64,000 nucleotides of DNA, taken from positions 17,059-81,058 of the forward strand of contig JAHBAT020000015.1 in the NCBI GenBank assembly GCA_018499985.2, written 5' to 3'. Under the pieces are notes generated by a model. That model worked only from the letters and a program-made list of their open reading frames with translations. It did not search any database and was not told the origin of the DNA. Both the position numbers and the translations under genes were made by a program. The DNA comes from Candidatus Moraniibacteriota bacterium (GTDB taxonomy: Bacteria; Patescibacteriota; Minisyncoccia; Moranbacterales; UBA1568). Of the stretch, positions 62,044 through 64,000 are shown one piece after another (position 1 is the stretch's first letter; each line of letters begins with the position of its first letter).

Positions 62044-63720
62044 ATGAAACGTGAACACAAAATCCGTTGGCAATTTGGGGCAGTGCTTTTGCTGGCACTT
62101 GTTTCTGGTTTGATCTCATATCCGCAGGCTCTTTCTTTTTGGCCGGGCGGATTTAATCTTCTTAATCAACTTCAAGTCAATCGTGGACTGGATCTTCAGG
62201 GAGGAATACATCTTGAGTATGCTGCTGACTTGAGTAATATTGAGCCTGCCAAACAGACTGAGGCCCTACAGGCAGCAGAGGCTGTGATTGAGCGTCGCGT
62301 GAATGCCTTTGGCGTAGGTGAGCCTTTGGTGCAGCTTGCTACTGCTGGTGATGAAAAGCGTATTATTGTAGAGCTTCCTGGTATCAAGAATATTGAAGAG
62401 GCTAAGAACTTGATCAAAGAAACACCATTTCTTGAATTTCGTGAACAAGCAGGTGATGAAGTAAAGAAGCAGGTAGAAGAATACAATGCCAACGCTAAGA
62501 AAGAGGCAGAAGATATTTTGGCTCGCGTAAAGGCCGGCGATGATTTTGCCACTCTTGCAAAAGCTATGAGTGAAGATCCGGGGTCAAAAGATCAGGGTGG
62601 AGAGCTTGATTTTGTAAAGAAGGGTACTTTTGTGCCAGAGTTTGATGAAGTGGTGTTTAGTGATGATCTAAAGCCAGGCCAGATCAAGGATTCTCTAATC
62701 GAAACGGATTATGGGTATCATGTTATCAAGAAGCTTGAGGTACGAGGTGAAGGTGATGACAAAGAAGTGAAGTCAGCTCATATTCTTCGTTTGAAGCAGT
62801 CACTTCAAAGCGACCCTCTTTTGGCATATCAGCCAACAGGTCTTTCTGGTAAAAACCTCAAGAGTGCTTCTGTTACCTATCAGCAGCAAGGTCTTGGTTC
62901 TCCTCAGATTCAGTTGCAGTTTGATGCTGAGGGGACAGCTTTGTTTGCTGAAATTACCAAGCGTAATATTGGTAAGCCAGTAGCTATTTTCTTGGACAAT
63001 GAGTTACTTCAGGCACCAACTATTCAGACGGAAATACCAAATGGTCAAGCGGTGATAACAGGTAACTACACCGTAGCTGAGGCAACTGCGCAGGTGAAGC
63101 GTCTCAATGAGGGAGCTTTGCCAGTACCTATCGAACTGGTAGGTCAGCAGAGTGTGGATGCTAGTCTTGGACAAGTGGCTCTAGATCAGAGTTTGAAAGC
63201 AGGTTTTGTGGGACTTCTCGCGGTGGCTGTGTTTATGGTTCTTTTCTACCGCTTCCTTGGAGTAATCGCAGTTTTTGCATTACTTCTCTACAGTGCAATG
63301 CTTTTAGCATTGTTTAAGCTTTCAGTTTTGACTCCATTTCCAATTACGGTGACGCTCTCGGGTATTGCTGGTTTTATTCTTTCGATTGGTATTGCCGTGG
63401 ATGCCAACGTGCTTATCTTCGAGCGTACCCGTGAAGAACTTTCTTTTGGTAAGGGAGCTATCAAGTCTATTAAGGAGGGCTTCCGTCGCGCCTGGCCAAG
63501 TATTCGTGATGGTCATGTCTCTACTTTGCTTACGACATTTATCTTGGTAGGCCTTGGTACTGGTTTTGTGAAGGGTTTTGCCATTATTCTTGCTCTCGGT
63601 GTCCTCCTCTCGCTTTTTACTGCTGTGGTATTGGTGCGTATTACGACTACTTTCTTTATCGGGGAGTGGATGGAGCGTCACCCATGGATTTTGGTTTCAC
63701 CTAAGAAAAGAATCGAATAA
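62044..63720 (+). CDS. secD: Protein translocase subunit SecD with a parvulin (PpiC) domain inserted in the periplasmic P1 region
   Basis: LQVNRGLDLQGGIHLEY...GEPLVQLATAGDEKRIIVELPGI...PFLEFRE. The C-terminal TM bundle carries ITVTLSGIAGFILSIGIAVDANVLIFER. The insert reads GGELDFVKKGTFVPEFDEVVFS...ETDYGYHVIKK. I prefer the ATG at 62044 over the GTG at 61966. Confidence 0.9.
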   Translation: MKREHKIRWQFGAVLLLALVSGLISYPQALSFWPGGFNLLNQLQVNRGLDLQGGIHLEYAADLSNIEPAKQTEALQAAEAVIERRVNAFGVGEPLVQLATAGDEKRIIVELPGIKNIEEAKNLIKETPFLEFREQAGDEVKKQVEEYNANAKKEAEDILARVKAGDDFATLAKAMSEDPGSKDQGGELDFVKKGTFVPEFDEVVFSDDLKPGQIKDSLIETDYGYHVIKKLEVRGEGDDKEVKSAHILRLKQSLQSDPLLAYQPTGLSGKNLKSASVTYQQQGLGSPQIQLQFDAEGTALFAEITKRNIGKPVAIFLDNELLQAPTIQTEIPNGQAVITGNYTVAEATAQVKRLNEGALPVPIELVGQQSVDASLGQVALDQSLKAGFVGLLAVAVFMVLFYRFLGVIAVFALLLYSAMLLALFKLSVLTPFPITVTLSGIAGFILSIGIAVDANVLIFERTREELSFGKGAIKSIKEGFRRAWPSIRDGHVSTLLTTFILVGLGTGFVKGFAIILALGVLLSLFTAVVLVRITTTFFIGEWMERHPWILVSPKKRIE

Positions 63721-63728
63721 GCTTTGCT

Positions 63729-64000
63729 ATGATTAATATCATCCAAAAACGAAAATACGCCTATATCTTTTCTATCGTCACTACTGTAGTGAGTATCGGA
63801 GCTCTTTTTGTTTGGGGGCTCAATACGGGAATTGATTTTAAGGGTGGAACTTTGATGGAAGTGCGTTTTGCTCTTGAAGAGACGCCGACCACAACACAAG
63901 TCCAGGAAACACTCAGGCCAATTGAACTCAAGAGTCTCACGGTACAGCCGACAGAAAACAAGGGTGTTATCCTTCGCTATCTTGCCTCCAACGAAGAAGC
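63729..64000 (+). CDS. secF: Protein translocase subunit SecF, N-terminal part (3' end lies outside the window)
   Basis: MINIIQKRKYAYIFSIVTTVVSIGALFVWGLNTGIDFKGGTLMEVRF. It directly follows secD. Confidence 0.88.
   Translation, partial: MINIIQKRKYAYIFSIVTTVVSIGALFVWGLNTGIDFKGGTLMEVRFALEETPTTTQVQETLRPIELKSLTVQPTENKGVILRYLASNEE

Noticed and set aside
1-64000. A search by eye for CRISPR arrays, rRNA genes, transposases, integrases, recombinases, restriction-modification or toxin-antitoxin pairs, and known defence-system hallmarks.
   Set aside because: I saw no regularly spaced direct repeats and no ORF with recognisable transposase, integrase, RT, Cas or nuclease signatures. The foreign-looking cassettes therefore cannot be called classical mobile elements from this window alone.

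Overview
This 64-kb window comes from a compact, gene-dense, moderately AT-rich bacterial genome read with the standard genetic code. I found no rRNA genes, CRISPR arrays, transposases or integrases.

**Gene content.** Most genes are housekeeping:
- nusG-rplK-rplA.
- A six-gene dTTP-synthesis cluster: dcd-thyA-folA-kinase-tmk-dut.
- gatB, miaA, dnaE, rnhB, rpmF-nusB-rnc-smc, rpsP-rplJ-rplL, tRNA-Gln, dnaX, proS and secD-secF.
- A cell-envelope block: FtsB/DivIC, a parvulin, HtrA, glycosyltransferases, an ArnT-like membrane protein, an epimerase and a MacB-type ABC exporter.

Short protein variants and unusual fusions suggest a reduced-genome lineage such as CPR/Patescibacteria. Examples are the hinge-less SMC, ProRS without an editing insertion, the sigma-region-4 plus HARE-HTH protein, and SecD with an inserted parvulin. 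The lineage assignment is inference only.

**Items most worth follow-up:**
1. A roughly 300-nt hairpin-dense, GC-enriched non-coding region next to tRNA-Gln. It carries diverged copies of the tRNA 3' end and RNase-P-like sequence words in a non-canonical order.
2. Several GC-shifted ORFan cassettes, each with its own near-consensus sigma70 promoter and terminator. The main ones are at 59.4-61.9 kb and 52.1-52.8 kb. Two cassettes share a duplicated 31-nt promoter module. One encodes three tiny helix-hairpin-helix proteins resembling the RNA polymerase alpha C-terminal domain.
3. A two-gene locus with one PEP-synthase-type ATP-grasp domain and three phosphohistidine swivel domains, but no PEP/pyruvate TIM barrel.
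4. A two-gene membrane protein plus soluble TraD/VirD4-like ATPase module, with no other type IV secretion genes nearby.
5. An A9 slippery run in dnaX, with immediate stop codons in both alternative frames.
6. A frame-shifted rplK.

All family assignments come from motif reading of the supplied translations. No database searches were run.
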